Shown here piece after piece: positions 52,880 to 64,000 of a DNA stretch of 64,000 nucleotides. The notes below the pieces were generated by a model. It did not search any database. It was not told where the DNA came from and was given only the letters and a program-made list of their open reading frames with translations. Where the stretch lies: NCBI GenBank assembly GCA_017499595.2, contig CM039004.1, forward strand, positions 1,674,001-1,738,000, written 5' to 3'. This DNA comes from Psilocybe cubensis. Taxonomy: Eukaryota. Each line of letters opens with the position of its first letter. The first letter of the stretch is position 1. The translations under genes were made by a program, and so were the position numbers.

Positions 52880-54274
52880 TCATGATAGTTGCGAGAATGA
52901 TATAGTGGACGGGGATGAATTTGATGCGGTCATCGGTGTAGGGGGCATCTGTGGTACAGACAGACTGTGACTTTGCCCATGGCCATGGCCATTGCCATAA
53001 CGTTGCTGGCGAAGAGGGCGTACAAGCCTCAGATGGGGCTGCCAGCTACCCAATGAAACATGGTGGATGCTGACAAGAATGAGATCCTCTAATTTGATAT
53101 CGTCAGGACCATCACCAATTTTCCATCGATGGTCCGATTCTTCTTCCATGGGGAGGTGTTTGCGATCTTGCATGAAACGTTGGACACACTTTGCAACGTT
53201 CTTTGCCAATTTTGCGAGAGTGATTGGCTGAGGCGGGCTTCGGAAATCCTTGGTGGGAATTTGTCTGCTCCACTGCCTATATCCAGGCCACTGAGGAAAG
53301 AATGACTTAAGACACATAATAGTTTAACCACGATAGAAGACACTGACCTCGAGTCGAATAGAGACACTAGGTCCGCGACCTTCAAATACAACCATATCAC
53401 GGTCGCGCAGCTTTTTCGTACGAGAGTGAAGCGCATCTTTGAGGGAGATGCCGTATTGCTCTGGATGTTCAGAGATGAAGAACATAGGGGCTTCTAGCAT
53501 GACCTCTTCGACGTAGCGCTTGCGGTCGCTGGTTGTGTGAGGTTTGTACATGGGCTGAGGAACAAATGGCCCAGCTCCAGGCATCGGAAGAGATAAAGCT
53601 TCCCTAAACTTCAAAAGCTGTTCACGATGTGTGTAACAAAGTTTGGGGTCGGACTAGATAATGTGATTAGAACTGGCATGATACTTGGTATGAAAATGGC
53701 TCACACTGCCAATGGTACTCTGATCAATCATTACTAAATGGTTAATGTCTGTTAGTGTCGGAGATGGCATGAAACTGCTGTTGGGGGTTGAGGGGGATAG
53801 GTGGGGAGAGGACGAATACAAAGGAGATAACGTTGGATCTGACCCGGTAGGAGAAATATGGGGGCTCCTAGAGTGGACGCCGTAGGGACCCAAAGCGCTA
53901 TCAGGCGAGTAGTTGTTTAATAGAAAAGTGGGGGAGTTCGATGACTGTTCATTTTGACTATTGTAACTGTTGTACTCCGGTGATTGCCAGTGCTCAGAGT
54001 ACCCTGGAGATGGGGATGCACGAGCGAGTCTTCCGCCAGTCTGAATATTTAACGGCATACTGAATGGCGAACCAGTGTGAGGCCAAATGTAATCATCATT
54101 CGGGCCATGGGTGGTGAAAGTATATTCCAAGTCATCGACACGCGGATTCGAATGTGACTAGGCAGAGACGCGTAAGTAATTAAAGAGACGCGACTGCGGA
54201 CGTCAAACAACACGTACATATGACTCATTATCATTATCATGGGTGTTGTTGTTGTTGGTGCTGGTGGCGGACAT
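52880..54274 (-). CDS. Hypothetical protein (DUF6741-like C-terminal domain, from recall) with a Ser/Pro-rich N-terminus
   Basis: Spliced exons give FVPQPMYKPHT.SDRKRYVEEV, VSIRLE|WPGYRQWSRQIPT, ITLAKLAKNVAKCVQRF and HHVSLGSWQPHL. Confidence 0.78.
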
Positions 54275-55325
54275 TGTCCTTGGGGTTTCGTGTTGGGTAG
54301 ATCGATGTGCCTGTTGTTGACTCAACCAGTGGTCCAGATGGTTCGGTGAAGACAATGCGCGTGCTCTGGGGAAAGGGACCTCTGGCTTAGAAAAAGGGCC
54401 CGTATATAACTCTTTAATGACTCACTGTTTTGGAGCTATTGATTCGTTGTTGCATATAGAGATCATGTCTGGAGAAAAGAGTAGAGAGGCAGCCATGGGC
54501 AAGATAGAGGTGAGGATATTCACAGCTTTGCCGCGCAATACTTATACGCTGATACTAGGAATAATTTCCGGACTCCAGATGGGGGGTTTCCATTTTGGAT
54601 AGACGAAAATGAAGTCTATCGTGGATGCCGCCGTAGTGTTGAACACATCGGGAGGACATGTTTGCTCAGCCTCAGTGTTGAGAAAAGGCAAATGGAAGTA
54701 TTCGACCGTATTGGGTGAACTGAACTGGCGTGTTGAGGTCGCATGTCAATCCCATTATGGCAAGGGCAAGAAACCTTGCAGTCCATATCACAACTGAAAG
54801 AAATGCGCTGCCGGGACGAGGTGGGAGGTATGGCATGAGTCAGTTGTTGTATCTGTATTTCGAAGAGGTTATGCACAGGAAAGCTGCGCATAAACTTCCA
54901 GAAGGGGCGGCAGCCGCCCTGATTGCACAGCATCGCCCAGTGCCGTGCGACATAAACGCGAGCATTTGACCAAGGGAAAAACCAAAAAAAAGCGCGTTAA
55001 CTTGTTCAAAAAAAAGAAAAGAAACTTGGAGACAGATAGAGATAGTGGCAGACATTGATGACATATTGGATTTTATCTTTGAACACGATTGAAATATATC
55101 CTGGAGGTGGATTGGGCCAAAATGGGAGCTGAAGATGAGCTGTGTTTCGGCTGTGCCCCATGTCTTTCAAAGTCAGCGCGCTCATGTGGTTATTTCCCCA
55201 TTTGGCAACAATATCCCTCACGTGTATTCCGTTCAGAAATTCGACCATTTCTCCTCAGCAACACTCGCTCCAGCGCCTCTTGAAATACACCCTTTAACGC
55301 CCGTACTTGCATAGCTTCCAGGGAA

Positions 55326-57065
55326 ATGTCAAGCCTTGCCGGTGCACTGGACGAATATCCACAATCCCACCACCTCAAAGAGGCACCTACCCGAACATAT
55401 TACTCCGACGACATCGAAATGAACAATTCCGCCCATGCAATCAACAAAGATGATTCCGAAGACGAGGATGAACAGCAGGACGAACACATGTCGGACCTTT
55501 TTGGAAATGACAACGATGTAGAAGTGCAGAGACATGCCAGGTTGGTATAGCTATGTTTCTCCATACTATTCCCAAATTGCACTGTCTTATCGTTCACCAG
55601 GGCCCCAGCATCGCCCACTGCATCCGGTCCCGATTCTGAGCAGCTGCCATCACCAGAGCGCGAACACAGACACGCTCTAGAGTACGATGAAGAGGACGAA
55701 GCACCTCCGGAAGCGGTCGTGGAAGTGAAAGAGGCTGAAGTTTCGTTTCCGAACCTTCCTGTTCCCAAGTCTTCAGATGGACATGTAGGAGTTACACGCT
55801 TTATGTCGGAATCTAAGATGCTAAACGCGCGTTCCGTTGACAGAACTGGGTTATTCGAATGCCGAATTTCGTTAAAGTCGATACTAAACCCTTCCATCCC
55901 GATACATATGTCGGTCCTGACGAGGAGGAGGCACTTGTAGGCGCCGCTGCTCGGGAGAAAGCAAATACCATAAAATTGAAAGTCGGAAACATGCTTCGTT
56001 GGCGCTGGACTAAAGACGCGACTGGCGAAGATGTGAGTGAAAAAACATGGTTATATGCGCGTTCATTGACAAAGTCGATCTTAGCGGAAAGAATCCAATA
56101 GCCGTATTATTCGTTGGTCTGACGGTTCTCTAAGTTTGCGCCTCGGCAAAGAACTTTTCGACATAGACCAATCTATCGACAACTCAGGTTCTGTTGTTCG
56201 TCAATCTGTGGGATCTCAGCAACCGTCTCAATCTCAAACTCAAACAACAAGTCAGCCGACGCCTGGCACAGGCAAGACTGAGGGACTAACGTATCTAGTG
56301 GCACAACATAAGCGTTCTCAGGTGCTACAATCAGAAGCTATCATCACAGGCTACATGAGTCTTCGCCCAACTGGCATGTCCTCCGAGGTTCACCGTATGC
56401 TTGTACGCGCCGTTGAGCAGAAGCACAAACAAGTCGCGCGTCTGAAAATGGTAAACGACCCTTCCATAGACCCCGAAAAAGAAAAGATGGAGATGATGAA
56501 GCAAAGCGCAAGAAAGTCGAGAAAGAGGACAGACGACAACGATGGTCTCGGCTCTGGAAAACGAAGACGCAATTATCGTAGGAGCACTGACCACGACGTC
56601 ATGTGGAGTGACGATGATGAGGATCCTGCTGGAATGTATGGTGGTGGCTCTGAAGAAGATGAAGACGGTATAGGTGCTAGTGGGTCGCCACGCAAAGCGA
56701 AACGAAAGTCTGGAGAAGGAAAGGGAGAAGAAGATTACCAAGCCGATGACTTTGTTGTACCGGATGATTCAGAGGACGATGCTGATGCTGGTCCTAGTCG
56801 GAAGCGCCAGAAAGAGGATAGCGATGCAGAGGACGATCTTGAAAGAATGGAAGCTAATCTAGAGAAGCAGGCCGCAGCAGAGAAAAAGAACCGCGGAGGC
56901 GACACCAAGAAATCAAAAAGGAGAAACGATGACGATGACAACGATACAGAAGACGATGGAGCAGGCGCTATGGAAGTTGAGAGCGAAGAGGAAGAGGACG
57001 AAGACTTCAAGGTGCGGCGCGTCACGAGCAAACGCGCCATCGCTTTCGACGACGACGACGAATAG
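55326..57065 (+). CDS. LEO1: Paf1 complex subunit Leo1
   Basis: RMPNFVKVDTKPFHPDTY, NMLRWRW and ESNSRIIRWSDGSLSLRLGKELFD, with acidic N- and C-terminal tails. Confidence 0.93.
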
Positions 57066-57285
57066 AATACCATCTATTTTTCATTGCCATGCAAGTACAC
57101 ATACCTTCATGTAATTCTATTCAGCAGTTCAAAACGCAGGAGGTTCTCCTCATCTAGATAACCTCGCATGTAATATTAATATTCATGTTGATGTACATAA
57201 TGAAGAATCATAAAGATAATGTTCAATGTTATAAGTATATACTTCATATAAATGCTTACTTGGGAAGGGAAAGACAGCAGGGTGG

Positions 57286-59597
57286 TTACTTGCGTGTAGC
57301 CCCGACCCTGGTTTTCAGGGTGCCATCTTCTGCCCATTCCTGTGAAGGTTTTACACTGTCGACGAATTTTTGATTTTCGTGGTTGCCCTTCAATAAATTG
57401 TGTAAAGTAAAAATAGCGTGTTCTCGTAGATCTGACACAGCAACGATCAGTCGCAATTAATCAAGTATATTGTCAACATCATTCAGAAGACTCACATGGA
57501 TTTCGTTCATCGACAACGCACAGGTTCATAACCACCGCAAGACCACCGGCCTCGCGCGTGCGGTCCTGTACTGACTTGGCACCATGAGACAAAACCCCCA
57601 ACAATCGAACTAAATCGCGTTTCAAGTACGAGAAACCTGAACTGTCGCCGACACCTGGCTGCGAGGTTGAGAGTGGCGTCCCGTCTACACTAACGGGTTT
57701 GCCGAAATTAATGCGAGGAAGGAAGATATCCAAGATATGCAAAAGTTCTGAAATAAGATAGTCAAAGCAATATCCCTTGTATCGATAAAGATTTTGATAC
57801 CTATCATATTTTCGACGATACCCACGTCATGGTGTTTTTTCTGAATGAAATAATTCTTTAGATTGGTAAATGTCACAACCGTCGATATCCCTTCTTCCAC
57901 ACGCGCTTGCTGTTCTTCAGCTTCAAGACAGATGGTGATGATGCACTGAGTAACAAGAACGAGAGCTTCGCATACTTTTGGGAGCATCACATCAAGTTCC
58001 TGGGGAAAGTCGGCCGGAGTCATGGGAGATGGGGAGGAAACTGCAGATGTCGCCGATGAAGAAGAGGAATCTGACGAACTCCTTTCTCTGTTCACTTCTT
58101 CAATATCCGCAACTTTGCTTGATGCTGGGGGGACCATTCCAAGTGATCGGTGGATGGCCTTCTGTGCATAATTCGACAAGGTGAAAAATCGCTTTGCCAA
58201 GAATGATGCAAGCGACTCGTGTGTGCGAAGTACGTCAGGAAGCTGAATCGCTGTTGCATTCAGCTGAGTAGATTGAAGATATGAATCAACCAGTTTCAAG
58301 AGTGTCGTTTGGTGCGGTGTTACTATTTCATTGGTTCTGCATGGGAGTTAAATTTCCATACGGCTATCTCTAGCTTAAACACTGACAGTTGAAATCTCTT
58401 GTACAGATCGGGGACCAGTCCGCCTTCAATAAGTTGGGTGAAGATAGCATACCTGGACACTATGTCAACAAGGTTGCCTCATGATATAATCAATGACTAA
58501 CCCAACGTCAAAAGCTTTAGCCCCGTCACTTCCTTCTTTAGCTTCATGCAGGCGAACCATATTATCCACCAAACCTATGCATATCCGAACGCCGACATTC
58601 GACATTGTCAATAGCTGCCTAAAGCAACAACTGCGTTGTCAGATAAACAGTTTCAGATAGAAATTTGAACGGCGTACGATCGTTTTTTGCTCCCATGTAT
58701 ACAGTTGAGGATAAAGATCAAAGTTGTCAGTAGGGTGCGCTCGTCTGGAGATCCCAACAATCGACTGTTTTGGCAGCTGTAAATAAAGTACTATGTAATC
58801 AATGGCGATGGAAGTTGCACGCACATAAGGACGACCTGGTCCTCCGGTAGATTCATGTATGACTCCCACAAACTGGCTACGAGTGTGTCATTTGCGGTAA
58901 CCGTGTTGGAAAGGGCCTGCGTAAGAACGCGAGCCGTAGCAACAGCTATGACACACAAAATGAGTATTGAACAGTCCCGAATAAGAAGAACCGTGAGTAA
59001 CTCACATTCACTATCCTCCATAGCAGACCAGGAAGTGTAGAAGTGAAGGAGGCGTCGCATATCCGGCTCATTTTCACTGTTAGGGGAGGTGTCGTGATTA
59101 GTTATTTCTCCGTCTCCATTAGTGCAAGGGGCAAGGCCCTAGCGGGAAGACAAGAGATCAGATTGAAATACGCACTAAGCTCGAGATTGATTTGCAGGCA
59201 CTCCGGCCACCAAGTTCCTTGTGAATTTAGCCAGGCTCATGCAGACTTGACGAAGACTGTCCTCTTGGCTGGTGACTCTATTTGCCTCGGATTCATCGTC
59301 TGAATCGTCGTTGTCCCAGAAGGAGAGCTGCATTCGAGTGAGGTCCCGCCATAGCTTTCGCAGATCGGCCCAGAGTTTAAGATCGGCGCCTGCTTGCGAA
59401 CTTGGAAAACGGTAAGGGCAGAAATATCAAGCCATGTATCGGGTAGCATACCGCACTGTATCACTCTGCGCAAGGGCCTGGGAGGCTGAATCGAGGACAG
59501 CAACCAAATTCTGTACTCTGCGCCTGTCTTTAAAGTTGCAATCTGCACAAGCCTTGCGAAACTGTGCGGCGACGACGGCGCCCTGGGCATAATCCAT
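57286..59597 (-). CDS. CTR86: Ataxin-10 / Ctr86 homolog
   Basis: ARM-like exons FTRNLVAGVP.NQ and QALSNTVT.N. The C-terminal ataxin-10 domain reads LKRDLVRLLGVL...VQDR.RE.GGLAVVMNLCVVDERNPYLREHAIFTLHNLLKGNHENQKFV. Confidence 0.88.
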
Positions 59598-59710
59598 GAT
59601 GGCGAAAGGGAAGAGGGGGGCAGCTGTTTATGTGCCGAGTGTCTAAGCTTACATATAGTAGACGGACCAACATGGCAGTTTGCGATTGACCGTCAATTGA
59701 GCCATCTGTC

Positions 59711-60485
59711 ATGGGTAAGAAAACTAAAAACAGCCCAGTTTCATCTGTGGACACAATGGGCAACTCTACCACCGACATCAACGTCTCTCTCGAGCCTCAT
59801 CTCATCGCCTCTCTGCAAGTTGTATATCCCCTCCTGCCTCACCAACTCGCTCAAGAACTCTGTCCGTTTCTCTCAGATCCACCCCCCGCAATCATTCCAT
59901 ACAATGTCTTGTATGCACTCTCTCAATGGGCCCGCACAGAGCAGTCCCAGACAACACTCAGGTCCAAAGGTCTTGAGCCCCATGCTTTCTCTATGATATC
60001 TCTCCTAGCTGGCACCATCACCTCTCCAGAACGCAAATTCGGCGACTATGTTCCTCCCAAGGAGCCAGAAGACATCGCCGCTGAACGCATACGAGAAAGA
60101 AAGGCTATCACCGTTTTGCTCAATGCCCTCCTCAGCATCGCAGGCGTAGCTTTCGCTGCTTGGTGGGCGGCCGATAAAACTGGATGGGCGAACGAATGGG
60201 TGTGTTACACAGTACATCACTTCTAGCCGACGTCAAGTGTTTCTAACCACCTTGTAGCGAGTGCTTTTCGCCCTCTTTGCTGCCATCGTTGTTGCATTAG
60301 CCGAGGCCGTCCTCTACATAATCTGGCAGTCACGCCAATCTAAATCCCCCAAGGCAAGGAGGCGGTTGGCGAGGCACAAGAAAGTGGACCAACCACCTGA
60401 ATCCAATTCCACGGAACATTCGCAACGGACATCCGAGTCCGAGTCCGTACATGAAAAGTCCACCTTGCGGCAGAGGCGGCCATGA
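59711..60485 (+). CDS. VMA12: ER V-ATPase assembly factor Vma12/TMEM199-like
   Basis: IPYNVL..LSQW, SLLAGT and ERKAITVLLNALLSIAGVAFAAW, then a second TM segment RVLFALFAAIVVALAEAVLY. One intron at about 60200-60257. An alternative ATG lies at 59756. Confidence 0.78.
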
Positions 60486-60515
60486 CGTCTCATTTTCGTA
60501 TAGAGACTATCGCTC

Positions 60516-61489
60516 TCATGACTTTCTATCAATATATTCTATCTTTAATGCTTTCATTAATAATGAAAGGTACCACCCTGTTAATCCCCAGACCTCTATA
60601 CGACCGCCAACGCCAGGCCCGACTTCGTCTTTGACATCCTCCTCCGCTGTTTTGGTCGTGACAGTTTCCGACCCCAATAATGGCTTGACGATGTCCGTGA
60701 CGTCAATTGTCCAATATGGCTCGGCTGCCCTGAACATAGACCGTCGCACTTGACGAGATGAGACAAATCTCTTTAGCGGAAGATGAATGGCAGTTGCAAC
60801 CTCTGCCGGAGACGCTTGCCGACGAAGGGCATCCAGGTCCAAAGAGGGGAATGGTTCGTCTTCGTTGATTTCCTCCTCGTTGGAAGAGTGGACAAATCCC
60901 TTCAGGTAGGCTTCAGCGTCGTATATCCGCGCACAATTCAATTGTGGATAATACTCACGACAAAGGGCCATACTCTCATATCACCACGCAAGTTGAGCTC
61001 AGGTGGGCCAATTGCTCCGAGTACGTCAATACGACTTGGATCTATACCTAATTCTTCCTTTGTCTCTCGTAAAGCCCCGTACACCAATGATTCGTCTGTC
61101 TGAACGGACTTTCTTCAGACGCTTGCCGACGTAAACTTGTGGAACCACCTACTTCGTCTACACGGCCGCCAGGGAAACTGATTCGACAACAAGAATCAGA
61201 GCATAGCATTTGTTGATGAGTTTCAAGCCCACCTGATTTCTCCGGAATGGGATCTTAATGCTTTTGCTCTGACTTCGAGTAATATTCCGGGTTCACCATC
61301 AACGTTGCAGAACGGTATGAGAACAGCGGCATTCCGTGACTTAGGGGCTATTCCGGTAGTGGGCCAGTTTACTGTGCTAGAATTAAAATTTAAAACATCT
61401 CTAAGGATTTTCAGCGTATTGGGTGTTATTGGCTTTGTGAGAGAGATAAGACTAGTGGATGCCAAAGGGTGGGATGGACGAAAGGCCAT
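60516..61489 (-). CDS. Nudix hydrolase, CoA diphosphatase type (Pcd1/NUDT7/NUDT8)
   Basis: AAVLIP, LLEVRAKALRSHSGEISFPGGRVDETD...ALRETKEELG (CoA motif plus Nudix box) and C-terminal VWGLTG. Confidence 0.9.
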
Positions 61490-61681
61490 GAAAATTGAAA
61501 GCTTCCAGACATGCGGACTGATGTCATTCCAATAATATCTTGTTTACCAGTTCCTTTTACATCAAATAACCCTCACCAGCCGTTCATTGACGCCGCTTGT
61601 ACAGCCACAAATGACATCGCTGACTTGCCCCGGAACCGTCGTCCTGCCTTTAGACTCAAAATGCAATCTTGATTCTTTCAA

Positions 61682-63758
61682 ATGCGTCGCGGTTATCACA
61701 TTCGGATCTCGCTGGACCCAGAGCCTAAAACCTTAAGGACGAACCTCCCCGACTTGTTTATTCCAGCTACATTATTTCAACCACTTCCAAGTCATTCTGC
61801 TAAATCGACTGTGAGGCGAAATACACTGTCTCGACCCATTCAGAAGAAGAAAGATTATAGATTTGGACCAATAGCTATTGACTGGGTCGATTTCGACCAT
61901 ATGCGACCTATGATGCTCTCTGCAAAAGAACGACCCCGGTCCAGAGGTATGATAATCTGTGCAGTTGTATTCGCTCTCTGTTTCTTGCTTATGAGGTTCA
62001 TTGCTGTAAATAGGTCCAGCCGAAGCGACATTTGTGCCACATACCCGTAGCAAATCTGGGACCACAAACCTCCCTGAAGGAACTGTACATATATTTCGGG
62101 ATGGCTCCAGCAAACCTACAACCGAAGAGCTTGAAGCGAAAGTTTCGAAAATGGCACTAACAGACCCCGCTGCAGATTCAGACGGGATTATGTTGGGTGT
62201 ACTTGCAGTTCCATCGTGGATGACTCCTTCTGACTTCTTGGAATTTGTCGCTCCAGCGGTAGATGGTATCGCACACCTTCGGATTATTCGGTATACACGC
62301 CTTCGTGGCTTTGAATTGGTAATTTGATTCTGACACCTTTTCAGAGACTTTGCTCCCAATCGTTCTATGGTCGTCATTAAGTTCCCCAACCCAGCAGATG
62401 CTGCCGAATTTTCTGAGGCCTATAACGGCAAGCCTTTCAACTCGATGCAAGTATGTGGCAATATTTCTCTTCACGTCCGTAATCTCAATGTCGAGTGCAG
62501 CCAGAAATCTGCCATGTAGTGCACGTTTTATCCGTTACCATAGACGTGGAAGATGTTGTTTCTCAGACAATATCTCGCATTGAGCATGCTCAAGGAAATG
62601 TGTATGAATTACCAACATGTCCGGTTTGCCTCGAACGAATGGACTCCGCCGTTACAGGCCTAATAACTGTCCCTTGCTCGCACACTTTTCATTGCGCATG
62701 TCTAAGCAAATGGGGAGACAGTCGGTGCGTTTCCACGCCGATTTTGCATGTTTGCATTCCTGAAAGTCTCTCCCAGCTGTCCAGTTTGCCGCTACTCCCA
62801 AACACTGTTATCCTCTCATCCTACCTCTTCAACATCTACAAGGACCATACCGTTTGCTGATCCATTGGCTCAGAATCAATCGTCTTGTACATCCTGCGCT
62901 TCGAGGAGCAATTTGTGGATATGCCTAATTTGCGGAAATGTCGGATGTGGTCGTTATGGTCAGGCACATGCACAGGCCCATTATCAAGCAACAACACATC
63001 TTTACGCATTGGAGCTCGAGACGCAGCGCGTGTGGGATTACGCGGGCGATGGCTACGTACATCGTTTGATACAAAACAAGGCCGATGGAAAGCTGGTGGA
63101 GCTCCCAAGCGCTGCCTCATCTGTGGCTGCAACACCACGAGAAGGGGGACTCGGACCCAGCCAAGCAGACGCACTGAGTGCGGAGAAAATTGAAGCAATT
63201 GGGATTGAATATTCATATCTCCTTACGTCGCAGCTCGATTCTCAGCGTTCATTTTACGAAGAACAATCACAAGAACTCAAATCCCAAGTAGATGAGCTCA
63301 AAACTCTCGTGGAAAAGCTGAGCGTTGAATTCAAAAAGGAAAAAGAACGAAATAGGGAAGAAGAAGTGCGCCTCCGCAAGGCAGAAGAAGAACGTATAGC
63401 TCAACTCTTGAAGGATAAAGCCAAAGCCGAAAACCGAGCAGAGAAGGTCGCGGAGCTAGCCAGACGACTAGAGAAAGAGCTTAGAGAGGAACGTGCTGTT
63501 AGCGAGGGTTTGATGAAGAATTTGAGCAAGATGCGAGAAAGGGCCGAATTGGCTGATAAAGATAGGGATGCTGCCATAGCCGAGGTCAAGGATCTCAAAG
63601 AACAATTGCGGGATGTGTTCTTCTCTCTGGAAGCTCAGAAAGCGATCGAGCAAGGTGGTGGGATTGAATCAGAGGCGGCCGGTGGGTCGATAGCTATCCC
63701 TTTACCCGAGTCGACGTCGACTACGGATGCAAAAAAGAAGAAGGCTAGAAAGAGATAA
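61682..63758 (+). CDS. ETP1: BRAP2/Etp1 RING + ZnF-UBP E3 ligase
   Basis: BRAP2 domain (VLAVPSWMTPSDFL...YNGKPFNSM.PEICHVV), RING CPVCLERMD...CSHTFHCACL...CPVC, ZnF-UBP WICLICGNVGCGRY..AHA..HY...RVWDYAGDGYVHRL, and a C-terminal coiled coil. Confidence 0.95.
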
Positions 63759-64000
63759 ATGACATGGATTCAATTTTCCCATTGATCACGCAGGCTTTCG
63801 ATATTCTAAACATGGGTGTTTTCGATCTGACTTCGAGATCATACTTTGTGCCTCTCACTTGCTCTGAGTCAGAATCGGTGGACTGTCTCCGCGATATCTG
63901 TGTGAAATGGATGGATTCAGACTGGCCGAGCCAAGTATATAAGCTGTGTGGGTTTCTATGCGGACCCACAAGTATAGCGCCAGTCCTATATTTGCTCCAA

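Noticed and set aside
7182-63758. Three ubiquitin ligases (UFD4, TUL1, ETP1) in one window as a functional cluster
   Set aside because: They are widely separated, belong to unrelated pathways and are interspersed with housekeeping genes.
1-64000. Transposons, CRISPR arrays, rRNA or a telomerase-template motif
   Set aside because: I saw no RT, transposase or integrase motifs, LTR/TIR pairs, repeat-spacer arrays, rRNA sequence or extended CTAACCCTAA tract.

Overview
Eukaryotic, intron-rich fungal DNA with short GT-AG introns of about 50-60 nt. Gene content and intron style suggest an agaricomycete mushroom (inference). I find about 25 spliced protein genes: RPS4, PSO2/SNM1, a class-III aminotransferase, a UFD4-type HECT ligase, two tandem RDS3/PHF5A copies, a PB1 + multi-ZZ protein, a possible augmin HAUS4-like protein, two tandem PIC2-type mitochondrial phosphate carriers, RIB3, a phosphatidylserine decarboxylase, TUL1, NNF1, a divergent cyclin-fold protein, LEO1, an ataxin-10/CTR86 homolog, VMA12, a CoA-type Nudix hydrolase, ETP1/BRAP2 and several hypotheticals. 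There is also one intron-containing tRNA-Asp(GTC). A gene desert of about 15 kb (21.1-36.1 kb) holds a single convincing gene plus motif clusters and microsatellites. No transposon, CRISPR array or biosynthetic cluster is evident, and no wholly new system can be demonstrated from sequence alone. The best leads are the duplicated spliceosomal RDS3/PHF5A with a zinc-ligand C26D change in one copy, a long hairpin covering the likely branch point of RPS4 intron 1, a degenerate cyclin with an overlapping uORF and a Gcn4-type site, a five-ZZ NBR1-like protein, and the HAUS4-like gene. All exon boundaries were assigned by eye.
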